Shown: piece by piece, positions 1 through 12,469 of the stretch | Layout of the letters: every line of letters begins with the position of its first letter | Position numbering within the stretch: the stretch's first letter is position 1 | Source: Mobula birostris | Lineage: Eukaryota | DNA: 64,000 bases | Reading direction: 5' to 3' | Assembly (NCBI RefSeq): GCF_030028105.1 | Contig: NW_027274690.1 | Span: 1-64,000, forward strand | Made by a program: the position numbers and the translations under genes | Notes under the pieces: model-generated | Databases searched by the model: none | What the model saw: only the letters and a program-made list of their open reading frames with translations | Told to the model about the DNA's origin: nothing

Positions 1-640
1 ACCCAGCACTGATCCCTGTGGCACACCACTAGTCACAGGCCTCTACTCAGAGAAGCAATTCTCTACCACCACTCTCTGGCTTCTTCCATCGAGCCAATGT
101 CTAATCCAATTTACCACCTCTCCATGTATACCTAGTGACTGAATTTTCCCAACTAACCTCCCATGCGGGACCTTGTCAAAGGCCTTACTGAAGTCCATGT
201 AGACAATATCCACTGCCTTCCCTTCATCCACTTTCCTGGTAACCTCCTCGAAAAATTCCAACAGATTGGTCAAACATGACCTACCACGCACAAAGCCATG
301 TTGACTCTCCCTAATAAGCCCCTGTCTATCCAAATGCTTGTAGATTCTGTCTCTTAGTACTCCCTCCAATAATTTACCTACTACTGACGTTAAACTCACC
401 GGCCTATAATTTTCCGGATTACTATTCGATCCTTTTTTAAACAACGGAACAACATGAGCCACTCTCCAATCCTCCGGCACTTTACCCGTAGACAGCGACA
501 TTTTAAATATTTCTGCCAGGGCCCCTGCGATTTCAACACTAGTCTCCTTCAAGGTCCGAGGGAACACTCTGTCAGGTCCCGGGGATTTATCCACTTTAAT
601 TTTCCTCAAGACAGCAAGCACCTCCTCTTTTTCAATCTGT
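1..640 (-). mobile_element. CR1-type LINE RT fragment
   Basis: ORF 43-621 with KSPGPD, NYRPVSLTSVVGK, QHGF and DFSKAFDKVPH. Confidence 0.9.
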
Positions 641-1170
641 ATTGGAGTATTGGAGCATTGTCAACAGCTTCGGGGGCCATATATTAGAAAGGATGTGTTG
701 GCATTGGAGAGAGTCCATAGGAGGTTTACGTGGATGATTCCAGAAAGTAAAGGATTAATATATGAGGAGTATTTGCACCGTTGCGCCTGTACTCACTGAA
801 ATTTAGAGGAATGTGGGAGGTCTCATTGAAACCTACCGAATGTTGAAAAGACTTGGTCGGGTAGGTGTGGAGAGGATGTACCCTGTGGTGGGGCTATCCA
901 GAACTAGAGGGCACAGCCTCAAAATTGAGGGGTGACCTTTTAGAGCAGAAGTAAGAATGATTTTTTTTTTCTCCAGAGGGTAGTGAATTTGTGGAATGCT
1001 CTGCCACAGACTGCGGTGGAGGCCAAGCTGTGGGTATATTTAAAGGATGGTCAGGATATGGCAAGAAGACAGGTGTATGGGGTTGAGTGGGATCTGGGAT
1101 CAGCCATGATGGAATGGCAGAGCACACTCGATGGGCTGAATGGCCTCACTGTGCTCCTATGTCTTAAGGT
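641..1170 (+). mobile_element. CR1-type LINE 3' fragment, opposite orientation
   Basis: Degenerate ORF2 C-terminus (RTRGHSLK, NLWNALP). Confidence 0.7.
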
Positions 1171-1443
1171 CTTCTTCTTTCTTCAAAGAATTCCAACAGA
1201 TTTAGGAGGCAAAATTTCCCCTTAAGGAAACCATGCTGACCGGCCTATTTTTCCATCTGCCTCCAAGTACCCCGAAACCACATCCTTGGTTATAAAGGGA
1301 TCTGGTCCAGTCACCCCAGGTTAATGATGGTATGGACTGGTTACTGAGTAGGTCATGGATTGGGCAGGTTATTGTTGGTGTGGATTGGTTAACCTGCCTG
1401 CCTTGTTTAATGGGGCCCCTGTTCTCTCTGCCCGCAGCCCCTG

Positions 1444-1578
1444 ATGATGAGAAGCCCAGTGCTGGTGACCGTTGCCCCCCCACAACTGCTGATTCCCCTC
1501 CCCGCCATCATTATTCTGGTGGTCGGCGTCTACCTGGTGCTGGTAGTGATGGCAGTCATCGTTCGTCAGTGGCTGCTG
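1444..1578 (+). CDS. Small TM + Cys-rich protein, coding exon 1 (MMRSPVLVTVAPPQLLIPLPAIIILVVGVYLVLVVMAVIVRQWLL)
   Basis: 45 codons including a hydrophobic TM stretch, ending at a phase-0 GTGAGG donor (1579). An acceptor (ctctgcccgcag, AG 1436-1437) lies just upstream and in frame, so an earlier exon may exist. Confidence 0.8.
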
Positions 1579-2160
1579 GTGAGGGGGAGAGGAGGGGGGA
1601 ACGAGGGAGGGTTTGGAATCGTTCGTCAGTGGCTGCTGGTGAGGGGGAGAGGGAGAGGAGGGGGAACGAGGGAGGGTTTGGAATCGTTCGTCAGTGGCTG
1701 CTGGTGAGGGGGAGAGGAGGGGGGAACGAGGGATGGTTTGGAGAGGGCTGAGGGTTGAGGGGGAGGGAAGAGTGGTGGCCAAGGGACAGGGAAGAGGGAT
1801 ATTGCGGGGAGGTGGTGGAGAGGAGGAGGGAGTACAAGGAAGAGCAGGGTAGGGAGGGAGAGGAGGGGGGGGAATGAGAATGGGTAGGGGAGGGAAGTTG
1901 GGAAGAGCAGAAAAGGAGGATGGGAGGAGGGAAGGGAGAGGTGCTGGATGGGTGGAGCAGGGCAATGAGGGAGAGGGAAGAGAAGGAAGGGAGAGAATTG
2001 AGGGGTGGTGGGATAGGAGGGGGGAAGGTTGGAGGTGGGAGAGGAGGGGTGGAGGGTGGAGATGGGTTAGGAATGGGTGTGGGTTAAAGAATAATTGAGG
2101 GGTTGGGGTGGGGGTTTATAAGGTACCTGGTGCCATATTGACACTTCCTCCTCTCTGTAG

Positions 2161-2307
2161 GCACGAGGGGTGTGTGGAGAGAGCAACTGTGGGGGTCTGG
2201 GTGAGGACAGTCCGTGTGGCCAGTGTCTGCTGACTCTGGCCCAGAGTTGTGACTGTCGCCTGCCCACCCTCACCAAGTGTATGGACCATTGCTGTCCTCG
2301 CTCGCTG
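2161..2307 (+). CDS. Small TM + Cys-rich protein, exon 2 (ARGVCGESNCGGLGEDSPCGQCLLTLAQSCDCRLPTLTKCMDHCCPRSL)
   Basis: Polypyrimidine acceptor cttcctcctctctgtag, 147 nt, phase 0, GTGAGT donor at 2308, Cys-rich. Confidence 0.85.
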
Positions 2308-2395
2308 GTGAGTGTCCATTACATCCTTCCCCAGTTCCTGTCTCCCATCTCCCACCGTCTGCCCCTTTCTCCCCATGTCATGTCTCACCCTACTA

Positions 2396-5300
2396 ACATG
2401 AGAACAAAAGAAATAGGAGCAGGAGTCAGCCATCTGGCCCGTCAAGCCTGCTCCGCCATTCAATAAGATTGTGGCTGGTCTGACCACGGACTCATCTCCA
2501 CCTGCCTGCCTTTTCCCCATAAACCTTAATTCCCCTACTATGCAAAAAATCTTAAATATATTTACAGAGGTAGCCTCCACTGCTTCATTGGGCAGAGAAT
2601 TCCACAGACTCACCACCCTCTGGGTAAAGCTGTTCCTTCCCGTCTCCATTATAAATCTACTTCCCTGAATCTTGAGCCTTTCATAATTTCATTATTCTAT
2701 AAGATCTCCTCTTAGTCTTCTGAATTCCAGGGAGTACAGTCCCAGGCGACTCAATCTCTCCTCATAGTCTAACCCCTTCATCTCTGCAATCAATCTGCAC
2801 CACCTCCAAACCCAGTATATCCTTCCTCAAGTAAGGAGACTAGAACTGCACGCAGTATTCCAGGTGCGGTATCTTGTACAGTTGCAGCATAACCTTCCTG
2901 CTCTTAAATTCAACCCCTCTCACAATGAAGGCCAACATTCCACTTGCCTTCTTGATAGCCTCCTGCACTTGCAAACCAACCTTTTGTGATTCATGCACAA
3001 GCACTCCCAAGTCCCTCTGCACAGCAGCATGCTGTAATCTTTCACCATTTAAATAATAATCTGTTCTTTCATTTTTCCTTCCGAAGTAAATAACCTCACA
3101 TTTACCAACGTTGTACTCCATCTGCCAGACCCTTGCCCACTCACTTAACTATTATTTCTCTGCTGACTTTCTGTATCTTCTGCACAATTTGCTTTTCCAC
3201 TCAATTTAGTATCATCAGCAAACTTAGATAAACTACACTCGGCCCCCCTTCCAGATCATGAATGTATATGGTGAACAGTTGTGGGCCCAGCAGTGACCCC
3301 AGCGGCACACCGCTCACCACTGATTGCCAACCAGAGTGACACCCATGTATCCCAACTCTCTGCTTTCTGTTAGTTAACCAACCCTCTGTCCATGCTGATA
3401 CATCACCCCAACTCTATGCATCCTTACCTTATGGATAAGTCCTTTATGCAGCACCTTATCAAATGCCTTCTGGAAATCCAAGCAATCCATGCTGCATCTG
3501 CCTGATGGAACCATTTCTTTCCAGAAGCCTCGCTATTTCTTCTTTAATGATAGCTTCAAGCATTTTCCCAACTGCAGATGTTAAACTAACTGGCTTATAG
3601 TTACCTGCCTTTTGCCTACATCCTTTGTTGAACAGTGGCGTGACATTCGCTGTCTTCCAATCCTCCGGAACCTGCCCAGAATCCACAGAATTTTAGTCAA
3701 TCATCACCAAAGCCTCTACTATAACTTCCGCCATTTCTTTCAGTGCCCTGAGATACATTCCATCAGGACTAGGGGACTTATCTGTCTTCAGGCCCACAAG
3801 TTTGCTCAGCACTACCTCTTTAGTGATAGCTATTGATCGAGGTCATCATCTCCCATCGCATCCATAACATCTCTCTTTGGCACATTAGATGTGTCCTCCA
3901 CCATGAAGACAGGCACAAAAAAGTAATTCAAAGCCAATATCAATTCTCCAAGGGACCTATATTCACTTTAGCCACCCTTAGATAAAAAACGTTTATTATC
4001 TGTTTTTATATTTTGTGCTAGTTTATTTTCATAATATAGCTTCCCTTTCTTTCTTGCTTGCTTAGTGTTTCTTTGTTGCTTTTTAAAGTTTTCCCAAACT
4101 TCCAGTTTCCCATTGTTGCTTTTAACTGGAATATACCTTTGTTGAGCACGTGAAAAATCTCTTTGAAAAGTCTTCCACTGTTCCTCAACCATCCCACCAT
4201 ATAGTCTGTATTCCCGGTCTACACTAGCCAAATCTTCCTTCATCCCATTGTTTAGGCATAACACACTGGTTTTAGATTGCACCCTCTATGTGTGAGAAAT
4301 TCAATCATATGTGAGCACTCTTTCCAAGAGGATCCCTAACTGCAAGATCACTAAAGATAACACGTTCCCTTGTAGGTTCAGTAACATGCTGTTCAAGAAA
4401 GCCATCATGGATGCATACTATGAAGTCCTCCTCAGGACTGCCTCGACCAGCTTGGTTCACCCAATCTATGTGCAAGTTAAAGTCCCCCATGATAACTGCT
4501 GTTCCATTCTGTCATGCCTCAGATATTTATCTGTTTATTGCCTGTGCCACTGTAATGTTGTTATTCGGTGGCTGATAGACAACTCCCGCCAGTGATTTTT
4601 TTCCCTTTACTGTTCCTAATCTCTACCCAAATAGATTCAATGTTCTGCTCCTTAGATCTGATATCGTCTCTCACCATCATCCTGATCTCATCTTTAATTA
4701 AGAGCGCTACCCCACCTCCCTTACCTTCCTGTCTATCCTTCCGTATTACCGGATATCCTTGGATATTTAATTCCCAATCCTCTCCACCCTGCCACCACAT
4801 CTCTGTAACAGCCACTAAATCATACCCCTTTGTACTGATTTGTGCCACACATCACTGACCTTGTTTCGAATACTATGGGCATTCAGACAAAGTGCCCTCA
4901 CACTCACTGTGCTTTTAAATTCTTGTAATCTTTTGCGCTTGACCTTTCTTCACTCCATTCTTACTTTTTTTTAATCTTTTGCCTTTTTCTTTATCTTTAT
5001 TCACACTTTTCTTTTGTACTTTATCCACACTTCTCCAATCTGTTGACCCTCCCCCAATTATTCAGCTTAATGCCCTATCCACAGCCCTAGTTAGCGATTC
5101 GCTGGGATCCAGGCCCCATCCCGGTTCAGGTGGAGCCTGCCCCATTGGTACAGCTTCCTCCTTCCCCAATACTGGTGCCAATTTCCCATGAATTCAAACC
5201 CACTTTTCCCACACCGATCCCTAAGCCACACATTTAATTCTCTAATCTTTTTGACCCTAAACCAATTTGCATGTGGCTCAGGTAGTAATCCAGAGATTGT

Positions 5301-6250
5301 CACCATTTTGGTTTTGCTTTTTAGTTTAGTCCCTAGCTGCTCCAACTCCCTCAGCAGAACCTCTTTCCTCTTTCTACCTATGTCATTGGTACCCACATGG
5401 ACCATGACAACTGGATCTTTCCCCTCCCACTGCAAATTCCTCTGCAGGTCAGGTAAGATGTCCCGAATCCGGACATCAGGTAGGCAACACAGCCTTTGGC
5501 ACGCTGTATCCTTGTGACAGAGAACTCTGTCTACTCCCATGACTATACTATCCCCAATTACCACTACATTTCTCTTCTCTCCCTCCTCTTGAATGGCTCC
5601 CTGAACCACAGTGCCACAGTTAGGCTGCTCATCCTTCCTACAGCCCCCACTCTCATCCACACAGGGAGCAAGAATCTCAGACCTGTTGGACAAGCTCAAG
5701 GGCTGAGGCTCCTCTTGGATCCCACTCCCCACCCCACTCGCAGTCACACCCTCTTGTCCCTGACCACAGACTGAATTTGAAGCAGCTGATCTAACAGGTG
5801 TGACTCCCTCCTGAAACAGAGAATCCAGGTAACTCTCCCCCTCCCTGATGTGCCGCAGTGTTTGACGCTCAGATTCCAGGTCATCAACTTTGAGCCTGAG
5901 TTCCTCCAGCCGCCAACACTTGCTGCAGATGTGGTCACCGGGGACCACAATGGGGTCCACCAGCTCCCACATCGTGCAGCTACAGCACATCTCCTGATCC
6001 TGTGTCACCCCTACTTTAGTTAATTAGCTGTAATTTAGTGACTTTTTATTCAAGCCTTACCTGTGCCTCCTCACTGAAGCACTTCAGCCAAAGCCTCGAG
6101 TTCCCACTCCAACACTGGTCCATTCACACAATGGCCACTCTGCTTTACTTTTATTTGCTCCTGCTAATGAATCACGAATCGATTGGTCTGCTGCAAATGC
6201 GCTGATCCCCATGAAACGCTCCATTTTTAAACACTCCTCCCCGACCTGCG
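2396..6250 (-). mobile_element. Degenerate near full-length CR1 LINE in intron 2 of the Cys-rich gene
   Basis: ORF1 5091-6008 with Zn finger (CCSC..CSKC) and SGNH-esterase motifs (VIGDSIV, HVGTND); endonuclease remnants (GGGVALLIK, MGDFN); RT remnants 2840-3700. Confidence 0.85.
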
Positions 6251-6869
6251 CAAAGCTCTCTCTGTGAATTGATTGGCCCACCGCTATTGCACCAAGCCCC
6301 GCAAAATGCTCCTTTTTCAAACTCTTCTCCTTGACCTGTGTGAAGCACTCCGTCTCTCTCTCTTTGCGAATTGATTGGTCCATCGCTATTGCCAACTCTC
6401 CACCTTCACCCAGTGTTGTCCTTGCCCACACCCCCACAATATCTCCATGTCTCATGATTGCCTGCCCCTTTCTTGAGGTGTTTTGTCTCTCTCGTCTCAC
6501 CAATTCCCATCTCCAATCTCCCACCTTCACCCATTTCCCATCTCCCCACCAGTGAATCTGTACCACTCCCCCATCTCCTGTCTCCCAACTGTCTGTCCCT
6601 TTATCCCGTGCCCTGTCTCTTCCTCATCACCCCCCACCCCCATCTGTCTCCTGTCTCTTGCTTGTCTCGTCACTCCCCCCATCTCCCTGCCCTCCCCCGT
6701 ATCCCCACCTGACCCCATTTCCCGCGTGTCCTGTCTCTTCCTTGTTTCACCGTCTCTGTCATCTTCTGTCTCCGTCTCCACTTCATCACTCCCATCATCT
6801 CCTTGTCTCCCCAGTAGCACTCTGCAGATTTCCTTACTGTAACTTTTCATTCTCTGCCTCCCTCCCCAG

Positions 6870-6983
6870 GACTGTGGACGGGGCAACTGCCCTTGCTGCC
6901 CCCTCTGTGACTGTGCCTGTGCCTTCCAGCTGCCCGACTGTGAGACCACCAACTGCATCTGCTTTCAGATCAAACTCCGCTGA
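6870..6983 (+). CDS. Small TM + Cys-rich protein, terminal exon (DCGRGNCPCCPLCDCACAFQLPDCETTNCICFQIKLR*)
   Basis: Acceptor ctctgcctccctccccag, phase 0, TGA at 6981-6983. The spliced 131-aa product resembles, from memory and unverified, the uncharacterised fish protein si:ch211-198p11.6. Confidence 0.85.
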   Translation, partial: DCGRGNCPCCPLCDCACAFQLPDCETTNCICFQIKLR

Positions 6984-8454
6984 TGGGGAGAGGACATTCC
7001 CTCAGTCCTTCATTCGGCCTTCCAGTGGCTTGGTAATCCACAATATCAGAGCAGAATGAGGCCATTCAGCCCATTGTCTGCTCACAAAATTCTAACCCAT
7101 TCCCATTCTCCCACCTTCTCTGTTCCCCCCATTATCCATCAAGAACCTATCAGTCTCTGCCTTAAATACCATCAATGACCAGCCCTCCACAGCTGTCCTT
7201 GCCAACGAATCCCACTGGTCACCACCTTACAGCTGAGGAAATTCCTCCTCGCCTCATTTCTAAATGAGGCTGTGCTATTGGATCACAGTCTATGCCACTA
7301 CTGGAGACATCCACACTGCCCTCGGTTTTTCAATGAGACCTTCCCCCTCCTCCTGACCCCAGTCGAGTAGAGGCCCAGGACCCCAGTGGCTCCTCCTGTG
7401 TCAAGCCTTCTCCATCCAGGGACCGTCCTCCTGAATCTCCCCTTTCCAATGGCAGCACACAGGGCCCAAAACTGCTCACAGTACTCCAAGTGTGGTCTGA
7501 CTGATTCCCTATGTACAGCCTCAGTGGTACAGGTCGACCTTCACTAATCCGACTACCTGTAATCTGGTTTCTTCCATACTCTGGCACTGATCATGCTTAA
7601 TGTGATCCTTCTGTAATTCGGCATTTTCACTAATCCGGTCCCAGTGGTGCTGGATTAGAGAAGGTCGACCTGTACAACATGGAACAATACAGTACAGGCC
7701 CTTCGGCCCTCGATGTTGTACCGACCTCGTAACCTACTCCACCATCAAGCTAACCCTTCCCACCCACACAGTCCATCATTTTTCTTTCATCCATGTGCCA
7801 ATCTAAAAGTCTCTGACACTATCCCTGAGAGGGCATCCCACACATCCACCACTCGCTGTGTAACAATGCCCCCTGACATCCCCCTATACTTTCCTTCAAT
7901 CATTTTAGCATTATGCCCCCACATATTAGCCATCTGTGCCCTGGGAGGAAGGGGTATTATAGCAGCCCCTATTTGCCATTTCTACCACAGGATACAGGCA
8001 CTGGTTGTGCCTCACTAACTTGTATACCGCATCAGATCACCTTTCATCCTCCTGCATTCCAAAGGGAAAAACCCTAGCTTGCTTAAACTTTCCTCATACA
8101 ACATGCTCTCTAAACCAGGCCGCATCCTGGTGAATCTCCTCTGCACCCTCTCTAAGCCTTCTACATCTTCCTGTAATGATGGGACGAGAACTGAACACAG
8201 TATTCCAAGTGTGGTCTGACCAGGGTTGCAGATCTTGAACTCAATCCCCCGACTAATGAAGGCCTCCTTGTGCCTTCATGTTCGAGGCCTGGGTGAATGA
8301 GAAGGGAGGGGACCAGTATATCTACCTCGAGGGGTGGTGTAAGTTGAAACTTTGTACTTTGTGTGGTTTTGTATATGATATTAAATATCTTTTACACCCA
8401 CCCTCGTCCTCACCAGCTCTGGGTCTCTGTCCAGGAAAGATACTGTGGAATATC

Positions 8455-9255
8455 GCAATGAGTACAGACTGGGGGTGAGGGAGCCATTCGTGTCTGTCCC
8501 AGGGGCTCTCGATTCCCACACTGGGGGTTGAGGTAGAGGAAGCCTCACACAGTCTGTACCCACTGTCTCTGTCCTGGAATTCCCACACTGGGGGTGAGGT
8601 AGAGGGTGTGTGTGTGCCTGGTACCTGGCCCGGGAGCTCTCTATACACACTGGGTACAGACTGGGGGGTGAGGTAGAGGGAGTGTGTGTGTGATACCTGT
8701 CCCGGGAGCTCTCGATGTCCACACTGGGTACAGTCTGGGGGTGAGGTAGAGGGAGCGTGTGTGTCTGATACCTGGCCCGGGAGCTCTCTATACTCACACT
8801 GGGTACAGACTGGGGGGTGAGGTAGAGGGCGTGTGTGTGTGTCTGATACCTGTCCCGGGAGCTCTCTATACTCACACTGGGTACAGACTGGGGGGTGAGG
8901 TAGAGGGAGCGTGTGTGTCTGATACCTGTCCCGGGAGCTTATACTCACACTGGGTACAGATTGGGGGGTGAGGTAGAGGGAGCGTGTGTGTCTGATACCT
9001 GGCCCAGGAGCTCTCTATACTCACACTGGGTACAGACTGGGGGGTGAGGTAGAGGGAGCGTGTGTGTCTGATACCTGGCCCGGGAGCTCTCTATGTCCAC
9101 ACTGGGTACAGACTGGGGGGTGAGGTAGAGGGAATTGTGTGTGCAGTACCTGGCCTGGGAGACCTCAGAGCCCACAGTGGATATAGACTGGAGGGTGAGG
9201 GGGAGGGACCTGCCCCGAGGGCTCTCTATACCCACACTGGGTACCGGCTGGGGGG
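8455..9255. repeat. About 76-bp minisatellite, about 10 copies
   Basis: cacactgggtacagactggggggtgaggtagagggagcgtgtgtgtctgatacctg(t/g)cccgggagctctctata repeated. Confidence 0.9.
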
Positions 9256-9699
9256 TGGTGTGTGTGTGTATTGGACAAAACACAGAACTGTACTGCACAG
9301 GAACCACAATGTTGGGCCAAACTAATTCAACTAATCTCATTGAATTCTTTCAGCCTACACTGTAGCATCTCCCTCTATATCCATGCGTCTGTCTAAGTCT
9401 CCACCGTCACCGTGGCAGTACGTTACAGGCACCCACCATTCTGCCTTAAAAAATTCTTCACTAAACATCTGCTGTGAACTTATGCAACGCTCACAAAATG
9501 CTGGGGGAACTCAGCCAGGCAGCGTCTGTGCGGAGGAATAATGAGTCGGTTTCGTCAGGACTGGAAGGAGTGGGGCAGGAAGAGGAGGGATGAAGAAGTA
9601 ATAAGCTGGTAGGTGAGAGGAGGAAGGGATCAATAGGACAGGACAGTGGGCCACGGGAGGAATGGAGGGTCTCCAGATGATGGGTAGGTGAGGTACCAG

Positions 9700-11100
9700 C
9701 TGTCTACTCTATCTGTGCCTCTTGTAATTTCTCAGATCTCCCGTAAACCTCCACCTCTCTGGAGAAAACAACCCAAGTTTGTCCAGCCTCTCCTTACAGC
9801 TCAGGCCTCTAATCCAGGCAGCACCCTGGTGAATCTCCCCTGCACCCTCTCCAAAGCCCCCACACCCTTCCAGAACTGAATGTAATACTCCAGATGTGGC
9901 CTGACCAGAGTTTGATATTGCTTAACATAACTTCTCAATTCTTGAACTTAGCGTCTCGACTGATAAAGGCAGGTGTGCCATACACACCTTCAGGCCTTCT
10001 TTACCAGCCTGTTAACCTGTGGGGCCCTTCCAGGGAGCTGCGGACTTGGAGCCCAAGAGCCCTCTGTACATCAACACTGTTAGGGGTCCTGTCCCTTTAT
10101 AGGTGACCTCCAAATGTAACATTTCAGAGCATAAAGCAGAAAGTCATAGGAGCAGAATGAAGCCGTTCAGCTCATAGAGCCATGGCTGATTTAGACAACA
10201 GGTGCAGGATTAGGCCCTTCGAGCCAGCACCACCATTCACTGTGATCATGGCTGATCATCCACAATCAGTACCCCGTTCCTGCCTTCTCCCCATAACCCA
10301 CACTCTGCTATCATTAAGAGCTCTATCTAAGTCTTTCTTGAAAGAATCCAGAGAATTGGCCTCCACTGCCTTCTGAGGCAGAGCATTCCACAGAACCAGC
10401 ACCCCTCTGTGTGAAAAAGTTTTTCCTCAACTCCATTCTAAATTGTCTACCCCTTATTCTCAAACTGTGGCCTCTGGTTCTGGACTCCCCCATCAGCGGG
10501 AATATGCTTCCTGCCTCCAACGTGTCCAATACCTTAATAATCTTATATGTTTCAATAAGATCCCCTCTCAGCCTTCTAAATTCCAGTGTATACAAGCCCA
10601 GTCACTCCAATCTTTCAACATATGACAGTCCCGCCATCCCGGGAATTAACCTCGTGAACCTACGCTGCACTCCAAGAATGTCCTTCCTCAAATTTGGAGA
10701 CCAAAACTGTACACCATATTCCATGTGGGGTCTCACCAGGGCCCTGTACAACTGCAGAAGGACCTCTTTGCTCCTATACTCAATTCCCTTTGTTATGAAG
10801 GCCAGCATGCCATTAGCTTTCTTCGCTGCCTGCTGTACTTGCATGCTTGCTTTCAGTGACTGATGTACAAGGACACCAAGATCTCGTTGTGCTTCCCCTT
10901 TTCCTAACTTGACACCATTCAGATAGTAATCTGCCTTCCTGTGCTTGCCACCAAAGTGGATAACCTCACATTTATCCACATTAAACTGCATCTGCCCACT
11001 CACCCAACCTGTCCAAGTCACCCTGCATTCTCATAACATCCTCTGCACATTTCACACTGCCACCCAGCTTTGTGTCATCGGCAAATTTGCTAAAATTACT
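9700..11100 (-). mobile_element. CR1 LINE 3' fragments
   Basis: QFNVDKCEVIHFG, LYRALVRPHMEYGVQFWSP, RLRGDLIE. Confidence 0.8.
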
Positions 11101-11289
11101 TTTCATCCCTTTCCACCCCATTCTCCTGCCTTTCCCCCGTTACCTTTGACGCCCTGAGTAACCAAAAACCAATCAAACTCCGCTTTAAATATACGGCCTC
11201 CAAAGCCATCTGTGGCAATAAATTCCAGATTCACCAAGAAATTCAAATAAGTTCACTGTTCAAAGTAAACGTTTATTATCAACATGTGG

Positions 11290-11590
11290 CCATTTTATCA
11301 AGCACACCCACACATTAGGCAAATATCTAATCAGCCAATCCTGTGGCAGCAACTTCAGGACTAAAGGCATGCAGACACAGTCAAGACCAGAGTGGGAAAG
11401 AAACGATTCTGAGCAAGGAATGACTGTTGGTGCCAGACGCGGTGGTTTGAGTATCTCAGAAACTGGAGAACTCCTGGGATTCTCACACACAACAGTCTCT
11501 ACAGTTTACAGGGAATGACATCCAGTGAGCAAAAATGAGAGAGGTCAGAGGACAATAGCCAGATTAGATCAAGCGGACAGGAATGATGGT
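11290..11590 (+). mobile_element. Tc1/mariner transposase 5' relic
   Basis: Translates to GMTVGARRGGLSISETGELLGFSHTTVSTVYRE, a Tc1-like HTH. Confidence 0.65.
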
Positions 11591-12469
11591 GGGAGGTGGG
11601 AAGCTCCATACTTCTGCTGCTAATTGTGTGTGGCGGGGAGGGAGAGAGAAAGAGACGGACGGGTGTCAGGGAGAGGGAGGGGGGTGTCGGGGAGAGAGGG
11701 AGACGGGTCTCGGGGAGCGGGTGTTGGGCGTCGGGGAGAGGGAGGGAGATTCACTTTTTCACTGGCATTTACAGGATAAAGAAATACAATCAAATTTACA
11801 AACAACTGATAAACAAAGACATACAGCCAATGTGCAAAGACCACAAACGAGAACATCTGCAGGGTCTGGAAATCTGAGCAACACACACAAAGCACTGGAG
11901 GAACTCAGCAGGCCGGGCAGCATCTATGGAAAAAAGTACAGTCAATGTTTCGGGCCAAAAAGTCAACTACATTTTTCCATAGATGCTGCCTGGCCTGCTG
12001 AGTTCCTCCAACATTTTGTGTGTGTTGCAAAAGAAGACATTGTGCAAATTAAGAATAATACTAAGAATAAGAGTTATATAGAACCCAAGAAAGTGAGCCT
12101 GCAGAAGCCTGATGGAATCAGTTCAGAGTTGAGAGTTAAAATGTCCCCTCTGGTTCAGGAGCAGGAGCCTGATGTCTGAGGGGTAATAATGGAAAGGGAG
12201 CAGGCCCGGGATGCTGGGGTCCTTGCTAGAAGCTGCTTTCTTGTGGCAGTGTTCAGTGGTGGGGAGGACTTTTCTCCTGGTAGACTGAGGTATGTGCACC
12301 AGTTTCTGCAGCCATTTCTATACCAGGTTGTGATGCAACCAGTCAGAATACTCCCTAACGTACATTGACAGAACTTGTCAGTTTTTGGTGGGATACCAAA
12401 TCTACACAAACTTCTGAAAAAAAGCAGAGATGCTGTCATGCCTTCTTTGTGATTGTAGGTGCTGACTTG

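Noticed and set aside
5091-6008. Stand-alone SGNH esterase gene
   Set aside because: It is CR1 ORF1, directly upstream of endonuclease and RT remnants.
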